Origin: Candidatus Zhuqueibacterota bacterium
Lineage (GTDB): Bacteria; Zhuqueibacterota; Zhuqueibacteria; Thermofontimicrobiales; Thermofontimicrobiaceae
Length of the DNA stretch: 64,000 nucleotides
Direction of reading: 5' to 3'
Assembly (NCBI GenBank): GCA_049322915.1
Contig: JBMOPW010000045.1
Coordinates: 1-64,000 of the forward strand
Position numbers and translations under genes: made by a program. Under the pieces are notes generated by a model. It worked only from the letters and a program-made list of their open reading frames with translations. It had not been told where the DNA came from and ran no database searches. Shown here piece by piece: positions 39,117-49,900 of this stretch. Numbering within the stretch: position 1 is the stretch's first letter; each line of letters opens with the position of its first letter.

Positions 39117-39584
39117 TCAGCCGTTCATCAGCCCGCGGCCTGTTTTTTGAATCGAACCATTTTTTCTTAGCTCGTCCAGCACCGTGTCCAGTATGCCATT
39201 GATGAATTTGCCGCTCTTCGATGTGCTGTACATTTTTGAAATCTCGATCGCTTCATCAATGGACACCTTCGGCGGTATGTCGGGAAAATACAGAAACTCG
39301 CTCAGGGCGATTCTCAAAATCATCTTGTCAATGATGGCAATCCGATTGAATTCCCAGTTGAGAGCCTTCTGCTTGATGATCTCATCCAGTTCCGGCATGT
39401 GTTCGACCACCGTCAAAAAAAGCTTCTCTGCAAATTGAATCACTGCTTTTCGATTGTCTTTACCCTCAATCATATCTTTTGTCACGTACTCGACCTCGTT
39501 CTCGGAGAGTTCGAAAGCATAGGAGGCGCAAAGCGCCAATTCCCTTGCTTTCCTTCGGGAGCTAACACCAGGTTCATTGGACAT
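39117..39584 (-). CDS. nusB: Transcription antitermination factor NusB
   Basis: RRKARELAL, IDKMILR, VSIDEAIEISK and FINGILD motifs. Confidence 0.95.
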   Translation of the reverse strand: MSNEPGVSSRRKARELALCASYAFELSENEVEYVTKDMIEGKDNRKAVIQFAEKLFLTVVEHMPELDEIIKQKALNWEFNRIAIIDKMILRIALSEFLYFPDIPPKVSIDEAIEISKMYSTSKSGKFINGILDTVLDELRKNGSIQKTGRGLMNG

Positions 39585-39789
39585 AGCGATTTCCAATTTA
39601 AAAGTAATGAAACTGAATACACAGCCAGATAACGCATTCCGGTGGAATTAAAATACATCGGTTCTCATGTAACCTTGTGCAATCAGCGACTGCGGACGTA
39701 GAAGCTATCTCCGCCTTCAGCCTGAGCCAATCGACGTGAGCGTCTGTGAATCGGTTCGGCGGATTCATGGCGCTTTTGGCGTCCGTACA

Positions 39790-40713
39790 TTAAATAAATG
39801 TCAGCCAGCCATAGCTGCCATCATTCCCGCTCTGAATGATGTCGAAAAATCGACGCTGAATTTTTTCGGTCACCGGCCCTCGGGCGCCAGATCCGATTTT
39901 AATTTTGTCGACGGAACGGATCGGCGACACTTCAGCGGCAGTGCCTGTGAAAAATAGCTCATCGGCGATGTAGAGCATCTCGCGCGGGATCACGCATTCC
40001 TTGATGTCATAACCGAATTCTTTCGCGATGTAAAAAATTGAATCGCGGGTGATGCCGGGCAGAATGCTGGAATGCATTGGCGGGGTAAAAATCTGGTTGT
40101 TCCTGACGATGAAAATATTTTCCCCGCTGCCTTCGCACACAAAACCCTGGGAATTGAGCGCAATGCCTTCGGCGTAATTATCCATTTTGGCTTCCATTTT
40201 GATGAGCTGCGAGTTCATGTAGTTGGCGCCGGATTTGGCTAAAAACGGATGGGTGTTCGGATGCATGCGCGTCCAGGAAGAAACGCGTACATCCACGCCA
40301 TTGTTCAGTGCATCCTCGCCCAGATAAGCGCCCCAGTTCAACGAAGCAATAGCAACCTCCACCGGGCAGGACGTCGGATCTACCCCCAATGCTTTGTACC
40401 CGCGGAACACAAATGGCCGAATGTAGGCTGACTTCAGATGGTTGACCTTCACCACGTCGATACATGCCTGCCGAATTTCACTGAAACTGAATGGCATTTC
40501 CATTCGGTAAATTTTCGTCGAATCGAAAAATCGCTTCACATGCTCATCCAGGCGGAATATCGCCGACCCTTTTTTGGTATCATAACATCGCATGCCTTCG
40601 AAAATCGAACTGCCGTAATGAATCACATGGGACATCACATGAATTTTGGCATCCCACCAGTCGACGAATTTACCACTAAACCATATTTTGCCCTGTTCAT
40701 CTCTCGGGTCCAT
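39790..40713 (-). CDS. ilvE: Branched-chain amino acid aminotransferase
   Basis: HYGSSIFEG, YIRP, EGSGENIF, LPGITR and GTAAEV motifs. Confidence 0.96.
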   Translation of the reverse strand: MDPRDEQGKIWFSGKFVDWWDAKIHVMSHVIHYGSSIFEGMRCYDTKKGSAIFRLDEHVKRFFDSTKIYRMEMPFSFSEIRQACIDVVKVNHLKSAYIRPFVFRGYKALGVDPTSCPVEVAIASLNWGAYLGEDALNNGVDVRVSSWTRMHPNTHPFLAKSGANYMNSQLIKMEAKMDNYAEGIALNSQGFVCEGSGENIFIVRNNQIFTPPMHSSILPGITRDSIFYIAKEFGYDIKECVIPREMLYIADELFFTGTAAEVSPIRSVDKIKIGSGARGPVTEKIQRRFFDIIQSGNDGSYGWLTFI

Positions 40714-40736
40714 AGTCTCGACTCCTCAATTTTTTA

Positions 40737-41579
40737 TTAAATCATGATTTTATGAATTAAAATTTTATTCTCCTGTTTATTCAAAAAACCAGCGACAAGG
40801 TTTGGTGAGTGCGAAAATAGTAGCAGCCATTTTTCTTCAATCGCCCGTTGTATAAGGTGTTCTCGTGCGGTCATGGAATGGTTCGGGTGAACATCGTGCT
40901 TCATCGAGGCATTGGTCTGAAGATGCGAGCTTGTCGGCGCCAGATCGCCGGGAAAGCAGGCGACATGTCCCTGACTGCTGATCAGGACAATCTGATGACC
41001 GGTTGTGTGCCCCCCGGTTTTGATGGCGCGGATTCCCGGCAAAATTTCAGTATCCCCATTCAACACGACGAGTCGCTGATAACGCTCCAATGGAAGCAGT
41101 GCCTCCGGCAAATATCCCGTAGTGAATGTGGCGTCAGGGCCTGTGGCGACGCGCCATTCTTCTTCCTGAACGTAGAAATACGCATTGGGGAATGCGACCA
41201 CGAGTTCATTGTCAGCATTCAATCGGGTGCAGTGGCCGATGTGATCATAATGCAGGTGAGTCAGAATGACGGCATGAATAGCTTCCGGCTGAATATGCAA
41301 TTGGCGGAGTTGTTCAAAAAAGCTGATTTTTCGGGTGATTTGAAATCGATCCTGAAACCGTTTTTCAAAGACCTCGCCGATGCCAGCATCCACCAAAATA
41401 TTCTTGTCCCGACTCTGTATCAACAGACAGTTTATGGCCAGAAGGATGCGACGCGGTGAATTCGATGGCGCGTGCTGTCCGCTCTCCCGATTGGATGCCC
41501 CATTCAAAAGGACGTCGACATCGCTGCGCATCAAACCATCGGAGAGGATGTGTAGCGTGAATTCACCTAATTGGTACAA
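40737..41579 (-). CDS. MBL-fold metallo-hydrolase (YtnP-like)
   Basis: THLHYDHIG, GGHTTGH and FPGDL motifs. Confidence 0.88.
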   Translation of the reverse strand: MYQLGEFTLHILSDGLMRSDVDVLLNGASNRESGQHAPSNSPRRILLAINCLLIQSRDKNILVDAGIGEVFEKRFQDRFQITRKISFFEQLRQLHIQPEAIHAVILTHLHYDHIGHCTRLNADNELVVAFPNAYFYVQEEEWRVATGPDATFTTGYLPEALLPLERYQRLVVLNGDTEILPGIRAIKTGGHTTGHQIVLISSQGHVACFPGDLAPTSSHLQTNASMKHDVHPNHSMTAREHLIQRAIEEKWLLLFSHSPNLVAGFLNKQENKILIHKIMI

Positions 41580-41953
41580 GATGCATCCCCCGGTTATTGA
41601 ATAAATGTGATTTCGATTTGAAATGGATTAATTGTAAAAATGGATATAATGATGGTGTAAAAAATTGCAGCAGGGGATATGGAAACAGGCCATTCACTTT
41701 GGGCAAATAGCAGCATTTTTTTTCAGATTGGCATTGCATACACTTCAACGTCTAATTCCTGATCATCAATGAACATAGTTTGAAAATGGAAAGAACAGAA
41801 TTTGAATGATTCACATCCTGAATTTCAGCGCACGAATCGGGCAGATTGCACTGTCGCGCTCCGGCAATAGCGAACCATTGGCCTGAAGACTCCACTGGCT
41901 TGCCTGCGTATCGACAATCTGCCCATTGACGCTCGTGTCAGGTTGATGGTGAA

Positions 41954-42964
41954 TCAACTCTGCGAGCTGTTGCGTATTTTGATTTCCGCTTTATTGCGTA
42001 ATTCGATCACATATTTTTCAAAGAGTCGATTGGATTTTTCCTGCTGAATGCGTTGCCTGATCTGAGCCTCGACGGTCTCAAAAGGAATCTTCTCGCTGGA
42101 TACCCTTTCATCCAATCGGATGATGTGAAAACCCAGGGGCGATTGAACCAGGTCGCTGAATTGGCCGGCGTTCAACCGGAAAGCGGCGTCCTCGAATTCC
42201 TTCAGCATATCGCCTTTGCTGAACTCGCCCAGATCACCGCCTTTGGCCGCGGAGGGATCATCCGAGAATTGACGCGCCAGCGTTTCAAAGCTCTCGCCGA
42301 TCTTCAGTCTGTTCAGAATTTGTTGCCCTTTGGCGCGGCGCTGGCTGATTTCATTGGCATCGTTCCAGTCGTTTATCCGCAGCAAAATGTGATGCACCCG
42401 GGCTTTCTCATGTTTGAGGAAGAGCGCCTCATTTTTAATATAAAAATCCTGGACTTCGCTGTTGGTGATTTCGCCGACCTGTTTGACGACTTTATCTTCC
42501 AGCAGCTTATGCACCTTGAGCTCCTTTTTGAGATCGGCCAGGAAGTCATCCATCGAAACCTTGCTCTGGAGCAGCGCATCCTGGAATTGCTGTTCTGAGG
42601 GGAATCGGCTTTTGATCGCCTGGAGCGCCTCATCGATTTCCTTCTGCTCGGGCTCGATTTTCAATCGGGTAGCTTCCTGATTGAGCAGTTTCATGGAAAC
42701 GATCCAGTTGAAAGCCTCGTTCCTGAGTGTGTCGCCGAAATTTTCACGATGGAGATTGGCCTGCGCACCCATTTGTGTGAAAATCTGCTGGGCTGATTTT
42801 TCAATATCATCGATATGAATGGCCTCGCCGTTTACGATAGCAACGACAGTGGAGTCCGCAAAACTGGCAGCGGGTATCCCGGAGTCGGACGTTTTATCTT
42901 TGGAACACCCAATGAAAGAAAGAATGATTAGGACGGAGAAAAACAGACCGAGAACTCGTTTCAT
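41954..42964 (-). CDS. Parvulin-type peptidyl-prolyl isomerase lipoprotein (PrsA/SurA-like)
   Basis: Lipobox FIGC; VHHILL, FSDDPSAAKGGDLG and GFHII motifs. Confidence 0.9.
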   Translation of the reverse strand: MKRVLGLFFSVLIILSFIGCSKDKTSDSGIPAASFADSTVVAIVNGEAIHIDDIEKSAQQIFTQMGAQANLHRENFGDTLRNEAFNWIVSMKLLNQEATRLKIEPEQKEIDEALQAIKSRFPSEQQFQDALLQSKVSMDDFLADLKKELKVHKLLEDKVVKQVGEITNSEVQDFYIKNEALFLKHEKARVHHILLRINDWNDANEISQRRAKGQQILNRLKIGESFETLARQFSDDPSAAKGGDLGEFSKGDMLKEFEDAAFRLNAGQFSDLVQSPLGFHIIRLDERVSSEKIPFETVEAQIRQRIQQEKSNRLFEKYVIELRNKAEIKIRNSSQS

Positions 42965-43021
42965 AACCTCCCTCAGATTGAAAATCGTAATTGAAAAATA
43001 CCGTCAGAATATAAAGTTCGA

Positions 43022-44737
43022 TTAGCGAAGATCTTTCACGCGCAATTGAATATTCGTGCGTCCCATGTAGGTATTTTCTTCGATGACATAGGCCATATCC
43101 AGATTGCTTTCCCCCGGCTCAATGCGATAAATCAAATCGCCCAGGTTGAAGCCGATGGCGTCCAGTACAACGCCATCCTGTCTTACTTTGAATTTCAGGT
43201 GGTTGTTCCCCACGATGGTGGGAGAGCCAACAACCTGCAATTTTTTGGAAGCAAACACCGGCCGCATATTCTGGGGGCCAAATGGAGCAAATAGTTTTAA
43301 CAGCCGGATGAATCGTTTATTGATTTCAGAAAACCGTATCTCGCCATTGATGCGCAGGACAGGGGAGAGCGCCTCCTCGTCCAGTTGCTGACTTGCCAGT
43401 TTGTTGAAGCGCGTGCGGAACTCTTCAATTTTCTCTTTTTCGATGGTCAGACCGGCAGCGTATTTGTGACCACCATAGGCCAGCAGCAGGTCTTCGCAAT
43501 CCTTAATTGCCAGATAAATGTCGAATCCCGGAATGCTCCGCGCCGAGCCCTTGCCAATATTGTTTTCAATGGAGATCATCACAGTCGGCCGGTGATATTT
43601 CTCCACCACCCGGGAGGCGACAATGCCAATCACGCCGGGGTGCCAGTTTTCCTGATCCAACACCAGTCCGTAATTACTGGTGAGATCGAACTGCTCCTCG
43701 ACGATCTGTTGGGCAATGCGGAATGTCTCCTCGTCGATGTTCTTGCGCTGCTTGTTTTCCATCTCCAGAACATTGGCTATCTGAAGCGCCCGATCGAAGT
43801 TCGTTGTGGTCAGCAGTTCAACGGCGCGTTCGGCATTGCCCATGCGTCCCACGGCATTGATGCGCGGCGCAATGACAAAGACGACCTGACCGGTGCCCAG
43901 CGATTTGTGCTGCATGCCGGTCACCTGGAGCAGCGCCTTCAGCCCGGGTTTTCGCGTTTGATTCAAATAGGTTAAACCTTCTTTCACGAAAATTCGGTTT
44001 TCATCAATGAGAGGCACAATGTCCGCGGCGCTGCCGATGGCAACGAATTCCAGATATTCGTGGATCAGGCTCTCGTCGAGATTCAGGGCGCGAATGAGGG
44101 CATGAGCTAATTTGAACGCCACGCCCACGCCGGCGAGCTCGGTGAAAGGATAGTTGGAATTTTCGCACTTCGGATTCAAAACGGACAGCGCATTTGGCAA
44201 TTCAATTCCCGGTTCATGGTGATCGCTGACGATGAAGTCAATGCCCAACTGACGCGAGTATTCCACTTCATCCAGGGCGGTGATACCGCAATCGACAGAA
44301 ATGATGAGTTTGACGCCGACGTTGTGCGCCTCATCGATGCCCTGCCGGGAGATGCCGTACCCCTCGCGAACGCGGTGCGGAATGTAGAAATCGACGGTTG
44401 CTCCTAAGTTTCGGAGAAGCAGGAACAGCATGGACACAGATGTAATTCCGTCGACGTCGTAATCCCCATAAATCCGAATTTTTTCGTTTTGCTGAATGGC
44501 TTTGATAATTCTGTCGACCGCGCTTTGCATTCCATTCAAAAGAAATGGGTCGTATAGATTATCAATGTTGCCGCGGAAAAAGAGCTTGGCTTTGTCGTAG
44601 GTATCGATGCCGCGGGTGATCAAAATCTGGGCGATGATCTCCGGGACGTTCAAAAGTTGTGCGAATTTCTCTACAGCTTCCTTGTCTTTTATTTCATTTT
44701 GAATAGCCCATTGAAGGTTCATTAAGACCTCACTCAT
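43022..44737 (-). CDS. recJ: ssDNA exonuclease RecJ
   Basis: YGDYDVDG, VDCG, SDHH, PRINAVGR, GSARS and GGHKYAAG motifs. Confidence 0.97.
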   Translation of the reverse strand: MSEVLMNLQWAIQNEIKDKEAVEKFAQLLNVPEIIAQILITRGIDTYDKAKLFFRGNIDNLYDPFLLNGMQSAVDRIIKAIQQNEKIRIYGDYDVDGITSVSMLFLLLRNLGATVDFYIPHRVREGYGISRQGIDEAHNVGVKLIISVDCGITALDEVEYSRQLGIDFIVSDHHEPGIELPNALSVLNPKCENSNYPFTELAGVGVAFKLAHALIRALNLDESLIHEYLEFVAIGSAADIVPLIDENRIFVKEGLTYLNQTRKPGLKALLQVTGMQHKSLGTGQVVFVIAPRINAVGRMGNAERAVELLTTTNFDRALQIANVLEMENKQRKNIDEETFRIAQQIVEEQFDLTSNYGLVLDQENWHPGVIGIVASRVVEKYHRPTVMISIENNIGKGSARSIPGFDIYLAIKDCEDLLLAYGGHKYAAGLTIEKEKIEEFRTRFNKLASQQLDEEALSPVLRINGEIRFSEINKRFIRLLKLFAPFGPQNMRPVFASKKLQVVGSPTIVGNNHLKFKVRQDGVVLDAIGFNLGDLIYRIEPGESNLDMAYVIEENTYMGRTNIQLRVKDLR

Positions 44738-45020
44738 TGCGGCTGTGACCGCATCATTTATATTAAATAATTTCTATATTTTCGAGAAAAGCTCACATGG
44801 CTCAAACCCGCCATCCGGATCGTAGGGCAACCGGAGGCAACTATCCGCGCTGCCTCACTGAAAATTGATCCCCACGCGTGAGCGGTCATGCATTGCCTGG
44901 AAATGAACAGCCGGTGCAGGGAGAGGAGTGGGTTCAATTTGTGTCATTGGCCTGACCAACTATAATGTCAGGTGAATCATCAATTATAAAATTGCCTGAA
45001 AAAATCAGGACTTCATCAAA

Positions 45021-45367
45021 CCGAAGTCAACGATAAGCCGAATTCTGTCGAGGACGATCATCTATCTGGGATCCCGATTGCTCGAGACCTCTAGCAACCT
45101 ACCCGAGAGTCAAACGAAGCGGGCCACTTCTTCTCTCCTATTTGGTCTTGCTCCGGACGGGGTTTACCTTGCTTCCACTGTTACCAGTGGAACGGTGAGC
45201 TCTTACCTCGCCTTTTCACCCTTATCCCGAATGCTCGGGACGGTATCTTTTCTGTGGCACTTTCCGTAGGCTCGCGCCTCCCTCATGTTATGGGGCGTCC
45301 TGCCCTGTGGAGTTCGGACTTTCCTCATCCCGATTAATTCGGGACGCGATCGTCTGTTTAACTTCGG
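45021..45367 (-). ncRNA. rnpB: RNase P RNA (class A)
   Basis: Minus strand GAGGAAAGTCCGAACTCC ... AGTGCCACAGAAA ... GGTAAACCCC ... ACAGAATTCGGCTTAT; the ends CCGAAGTTAA/TTGACTTCGG pair as P1. Confidence 0.96.
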
Positions 45368-45519
45368 AATGATGAAGTCGTTTTATCACTACAGCTATTA
45401 CAACGAAGTCGAGTTGGTATCTGAAGAGAGTGCACTGCTTAAACGCATTTCGTAAAGGGAAAGCGCTCGACTTGATTTTTTTTCTGACGACACGTTTCAC
45501 TCAATCTGATGAGAAGGCT

Positions 45520-46248
45520 CTATTCGTTTTTTTCCGTTGTGGCGTGTTTGCCATTTTCAAAAACTAAAATTCTGCCGCATACTTCACAGGAAATGAGACG
45601 ATTCATCTGCCGCACTTCAACGACTGTCTGCGCCGGGATGGTGGTGAAACACGAGGTGCAATTGTAATTTACAATGGTCGTGAGTGCGATGCCATCTTTT
45701 CCCTTGCGAATGCGATCGTAAGTGGAGACGAGCCTGTAATCAATCTCGGAGACGAGTTCCTTGCGCTGACTGGCTAACTTCTTTTCCTCCGCTTCGGTCG
45801 AGATCAATTTTTGCTGAAGATCGCTCTCCTTGACCTGTAAATTTTCCTGAACCTCCTGCGTCTTTGTTGCAAGCTGCGCAATGGACTCGACCTGTTTATC
45901 TTCTGCCTCCATCAGCTCAAGGGTTTTCAATTCAATATCATCAATCTGTTTTTCGAGATTTTCAATTTCAGCGGTGATTGCGTCATACTCTTTGTTTGTT
46001 TTGACAGAATAAATTTGTTCTTTATATTTATCCAGTTTTTCAATGAGGGCGTCCATGTCCATCTGATAATCCCGCTTTAACCGCTGCGTGTCCGCGTTGT
46101 TCTGCCTTGCTTTGGCCAATTTATCAGTCAGGTCAGCGAGATTTTCTTTCAATTCCTGAACAATTTCAGGAAGATCCCCTCTGACCGATTCCAGGTCCAT
46201 CAGCTTTTTATCTATTTTCTGTAGCTCAATCAATTTATACAAATCCAT
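45520..46248 (-). CDS. Coiled-coil C4-type zinc ribbon protein (DUF164/COG1579)
   Basis: LIELQKID, KTNKEYDAI, CTSC...CEVCGRIL; GAGGAGG RBS before ATG 46248; upstream of rnpB. Confidence 0.92.
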   Translation of the reverse strand: MDLYKLIELQKIDKKLMDLESVRGDLPEIVQELKENLADLTDKLAKARQNNADTQRLKRDYQMDMDALIEKLDKYKEQIYSVKTNKEYDAITAEIENLEKQIDDIELKTLELMEAEDKQVESIAQLATKTQEVQENLQVKESDLQQKLISTEAEEKKLASQRKELVSEIDYRLVSTYDRIRKGKDGIALTTIVNYNCTSCFTTIPAQTVVEVRQMNRLISCEVCGRILVFENGKHATTEKNE

Positions 46249-46309
46249 GGTGATAGATGCCTCCTCGCTGGAAATAATAATCGGTGTATCACTGGTTACG
46301 CCTGAAAAC

Positions 46310-46343
46310 AAAAAAAGTGCACCAATTTTTTTGGCACACTTTT
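46310..46343 (-). terminator. Intrinsic terminator in the leader of the zinc-ribbon gene (candidate attenuator)
   Basis: Minus strand AAAAGTGTGCCA-AAAAAAT-TGGTGCAC-TTTTTTT, about 60 nt upstream of the start codon. Confidence 0.75.
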
Positions 46344-46437
46344 ACGAGATACGCCACCCCCGTGGTGTATAAACCTGGGTCAGGCAATGCTGAAGTTCAA
46401 TACTCCAGTTATGGTTTTTTAGTCTTTTTGCTTGCAT
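46342..46437 (-). CDS. Putative 31-aa leader peptide MQAKRLKNHNWSIELQHCLTQVYTPRGWRIS
   Basis: uORF between promoter and terminator; its TAA overlaps the terminator 5' arm; no obvious SD. Confidence 0.4.
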   Translation of the reverse strand: MQAKRLKNHNWSIELQHCLTQVYTPRGWRIS

Positions 46438-46490
46438 ATATGTCAAGGAATATTGTCGATTTGAACTGTTATTTGATTTATTAATCGCTA

Positions 46491-46519
46491 AATATACAAA
46501 AATGAAGCTAAAGATGCAA
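46491..46519 (-). promoter_or_regulatory. Sigma70-type promoter for the leader/zinc-ribbon gene
   Basis: TTGCAT-N17-TATATT. Confidence 0.6.
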
Positions 46520-46675
46520 GCGAAAATTTTGTTAAAAATTGTTTGCAACCAGGTGGAAAAAATCATCATGCGACTGAATTCTGCCGCTGCGTCCCGCGGG
46601 ACAGGCTGAATACAAATCCGTAACTCCCGGTTTTCCGGATTGGCTGGCAAAACATGCGCTGTTTTAAAATAGCCC

Positions 46676-46704
46676 TTGACATCGTTCTAAAAATTAATTA
46701 TCTT
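46676..46704 (+). promoter_or_regulatory. Sigma70-type promoter for the SH3-repeat gene
   Basis: TTGACA-N17-TATCTT, implying a 5' UTR of about 280 nt. Confidence 0.6.
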
Positions 46705-46987
46705 TAATGTGTTGAAACTTAATAACCTTTAATTATACAATAGATTGTATCTCTGGTTAGTTTGAAACCCGAAGTGCGTGTGAGGATTTTTATCATCTGA
46801 ACGCATTGCAAACAACAAATTCATGGGCGACGCGAGCCAGTTCCGCCGAAATCGTGTGAGTTGAAATAATTGGCGCTGTTGAATCAACGCTGCTCGGGAT
46901 AATTTTATCACACCCACGTTGCATGGACGGAGGTAAGTTTAAAATGGCTTCGCTATTTTGGTCATTCAGAGATAGTGGGAGGAAAAA

Positions 46988-49900
46988 ATGAAGGTGAGGT
47001 ATTATTTTTTATCGGTGATAGCATTGATGACGGTCGCCTTCAGTTGCGGCCCGGAATATATCGGTCAGAGTCCGATTATCAGCATCTCTGCTGACACTGA
47101 ATTGCGGAACGGACCCGGCCCGGATTACGACAGGATCACAACGGTCAAGGCCGGAACCCAGGTCTTTCTCATGGAATCTGAGAATGACTGGCACAAAGTG
47201 CGCCTGGCAGATGGAACTATGGGGTGGATTTTCAAAGGAATCACCAAAACATCCACCGCCGAGAAAGTGGTGGTGTTGCAGGATGCCCGCATTCGGCGCG
47301 GACCAGGTGAAGAATACAGCGCATTTGCCATTGTCAAAAAAGGCAAAACACTGGATGCGCTGGGCACCCAGGGTAACTGGTACCAGGTCGATTTGACAGA
47401 TGGAAAAACCGGCTGGATCTCTCACAGCGATGCGGAAAAGGTCACCCATCGGAATTTGATCGCCAACAAGGATACCGCCATTTTATTAAATCCGGACGCG
47501 AACGCTCCTGTCATGGTCATGGTGGACAAGGGTACCGAGCTCATCCAACTTAAAAAACAGGGCGGCTATTATATGGTGCGGCTTCCCGGCGGCTCGACCG
47601 GGTGGATTCATGAAGATTACGTGGGAGCGGTGAAAGAGCGAACCCTCACTGTCAAAGAACGCGCTCTCATCCGATTTGGCCCTTCTGTCGAGTTCGACGT
47701 CGTCGGGACGGTGGAGAGAGGCGCGCGTTTGACCAAACTGGATCAGCGCGAAAGCTGGTATCAGGTGCGGACCCCGCAGGGCGAAGTAGGCTGGATTTAC
47801 AAGGATTTCATTCAGACCGTGGCCGGTACTCAGGGCAGCGTTGTATCTGAAGATCAGCCGGAATATGTAATCACAAATTCCGATTGCAACATTCGACAGG
47901 GATATGGCACCAACTGGGAAAAGATCGCTGAAGTCAAAAAGGGGACTTTGCTTGTAAGGATCGGTCAGAAAGATGAATGGTATCGCGTCAAAATGCCGGA
48001 CCAGAGAATCGGCTGGATCCGGCAGGACCTTGTGAATAGCAATGCGGATGTTCTTGTGGCGCTGGAAGATTGCAACATTCGATTGGGGCCAAGCACCAAT
48101 TATCGTGTGAAGTCAACCGTCGAAAAGGGAACGCCGCTGGCAAAGATCTCAGAACAGGATGGTTGGTCGCGAGTCTATCTGCCCAATGGCGAGATTGGCT
48201 GGATCCGCAACGACCTCCGGGCTGATAAGGATGCGGCTTTAATCACGAATCAGGAATGCAATGTGCGCGAAGGGCCGGGCACAAATTACACCCAGATTGA
48301 TCGGATTTCCAAGGGCACTTCATTGAAAGAGATCGGCCGGCAGAATGAATGGCGTCAGGTTCAATTGCCATCCGGGAGAACCGGCTGGATACGGGAAGAC
48401 CTGCTGGAAGGGACAGAGAATCAACTTGTCGCCAATGAACGCGCCAATCTCCGCAAAGGCCCGGGCACCGAATATGTTATTGTCACTGAAGTCGAAAAAT
48501 TGACGCCGATGACGCTGATCGGAGAGCAGGGGGATTGGTACAAAGTCCGACTCAAATCCGGCACCACGGGCTGGATTCGGAAAGACCTTGTTTCCTATTC
48601 CTATTATCCATCCGTCTCCGGTACTCAATCTCATAACTCACCCGGTAGTGGCGCATCCTCGTCTGGTGGTTCCAGTTCCAGTTCGTCGTCGCCTCTGTAT
48701 TCCGGCGTCAAGATGAAAATCACCGATCCGGTGAAGATTCGGATGGGACCAGGCACCGATCACCCGGAAATTACCACGCTGACGACGGGCACGGAAGTCA
48801 CGCGGATCGATCAGCAGGGGGAGTGGTTCGAAGTGATAACGCGCAGTGGTACAAAAGGCTTTGTCCACCAGAGCGGCTTTAATATTGGCAGCCCAACCAG
48901 CCTGGTCATGAAGCAACGGGGCAATATTCGGCGCGGGCCAAGCACAAACTTCACTGTCCTGACGACGCTGGAGCAGGGCGCTGAAGTGACCAAAATTGAG
49001 CAGCGCGATGACTGGATTTATGTGAAGATTAGCAATGACGAAAAAGGCTGGATTCAAAAGGATTTGGTTGGCCCGAAAACAATAACACCGCTGGTCCCCA
49101 GCGCCAAACCGGAAATTGGCAAATTCGTGACGACAGAGAAAGTGAATATCCGTAAAGGGCCGGGGACCGATTATCCCATTGTGAGATCAGTCCTTCCCAA
49201 TACGACCGTCAATATCATTGGCAAGCACGAAGATTGGTACGAGGTGAATTTGATAACCGGCGAGTCCGGCTGGATGTTCTCCAAGCTCGGGGATAAGGAG
49301 GTCTATAAAAAAATTATCGTGACGAACAAAACAGAGGTGCATCAGGAACCGGACTCAGAATCCGGCGTGTTGGCCAACGTGGAAGCCGGCGAAATTTTTG
49401 ACCCCATTGCCACGCAGGGGAGTTGGTACCGAATCACCTACAAGCGAGGCGACACTGGCTGGATTTCTGTGGGAAATGTGGCTGAGTTGAAGTACCCTCA
49501 GGTGTACGTGAACTCCGGCACCGTGAATATTCATCGGAATCCCGATAAAAACGCGCCGAGAATTGCAGTCGTTAAAGAGGGTATTGAGTTAACGCCCATT
49601 AACGAGGAAGAGGATTGGCTTTTTGTGGTGTTGCCGCGCGGCGACAAAGGCTGGATTGAAAAAGCATTGGTGAATCGTCAGAAATATCCCCGCGTCATCA
49701 TTGTCAAAGAGACAAAAGCCTATGAACAACCGACCAACAGCAGCCGGGCCATCGCTTCTCTGTTCACGGACGATGAATTTGCTACACTCGACAAAAAAGA
49801 TAACTGGCATAAAGTCCTGCTTCGCGGGTCTGAAATCGGCTGGGTCTATGGCGGCTATTTGAAGGAGAAGTCGCGCGGAAAGCTGCTGGTGAGGGAAAAT

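Noticed and set aside
29926..41924. Intergenic hairpins at 29926-29995, 38945-38972 and 41839-41924 as one REP/MITE family
   Set aside because: The arms share no sequence with one another; probably independent terminators or stabilisers
46310..46484. 6S RNA interpretation of the ~175-nt leader
   Set aside because: The ends do not pair into the long rod with a central bubble; local alternative hairpins fit an attenuator better
46705..46987. c-di-AMP or c-di-GMP riboswitch in the long leader of the SH3 gene
   Set aside because: No ydaO or GEMM consensus elements and no terminator recognisable by eye; an Rfam scan would settle it
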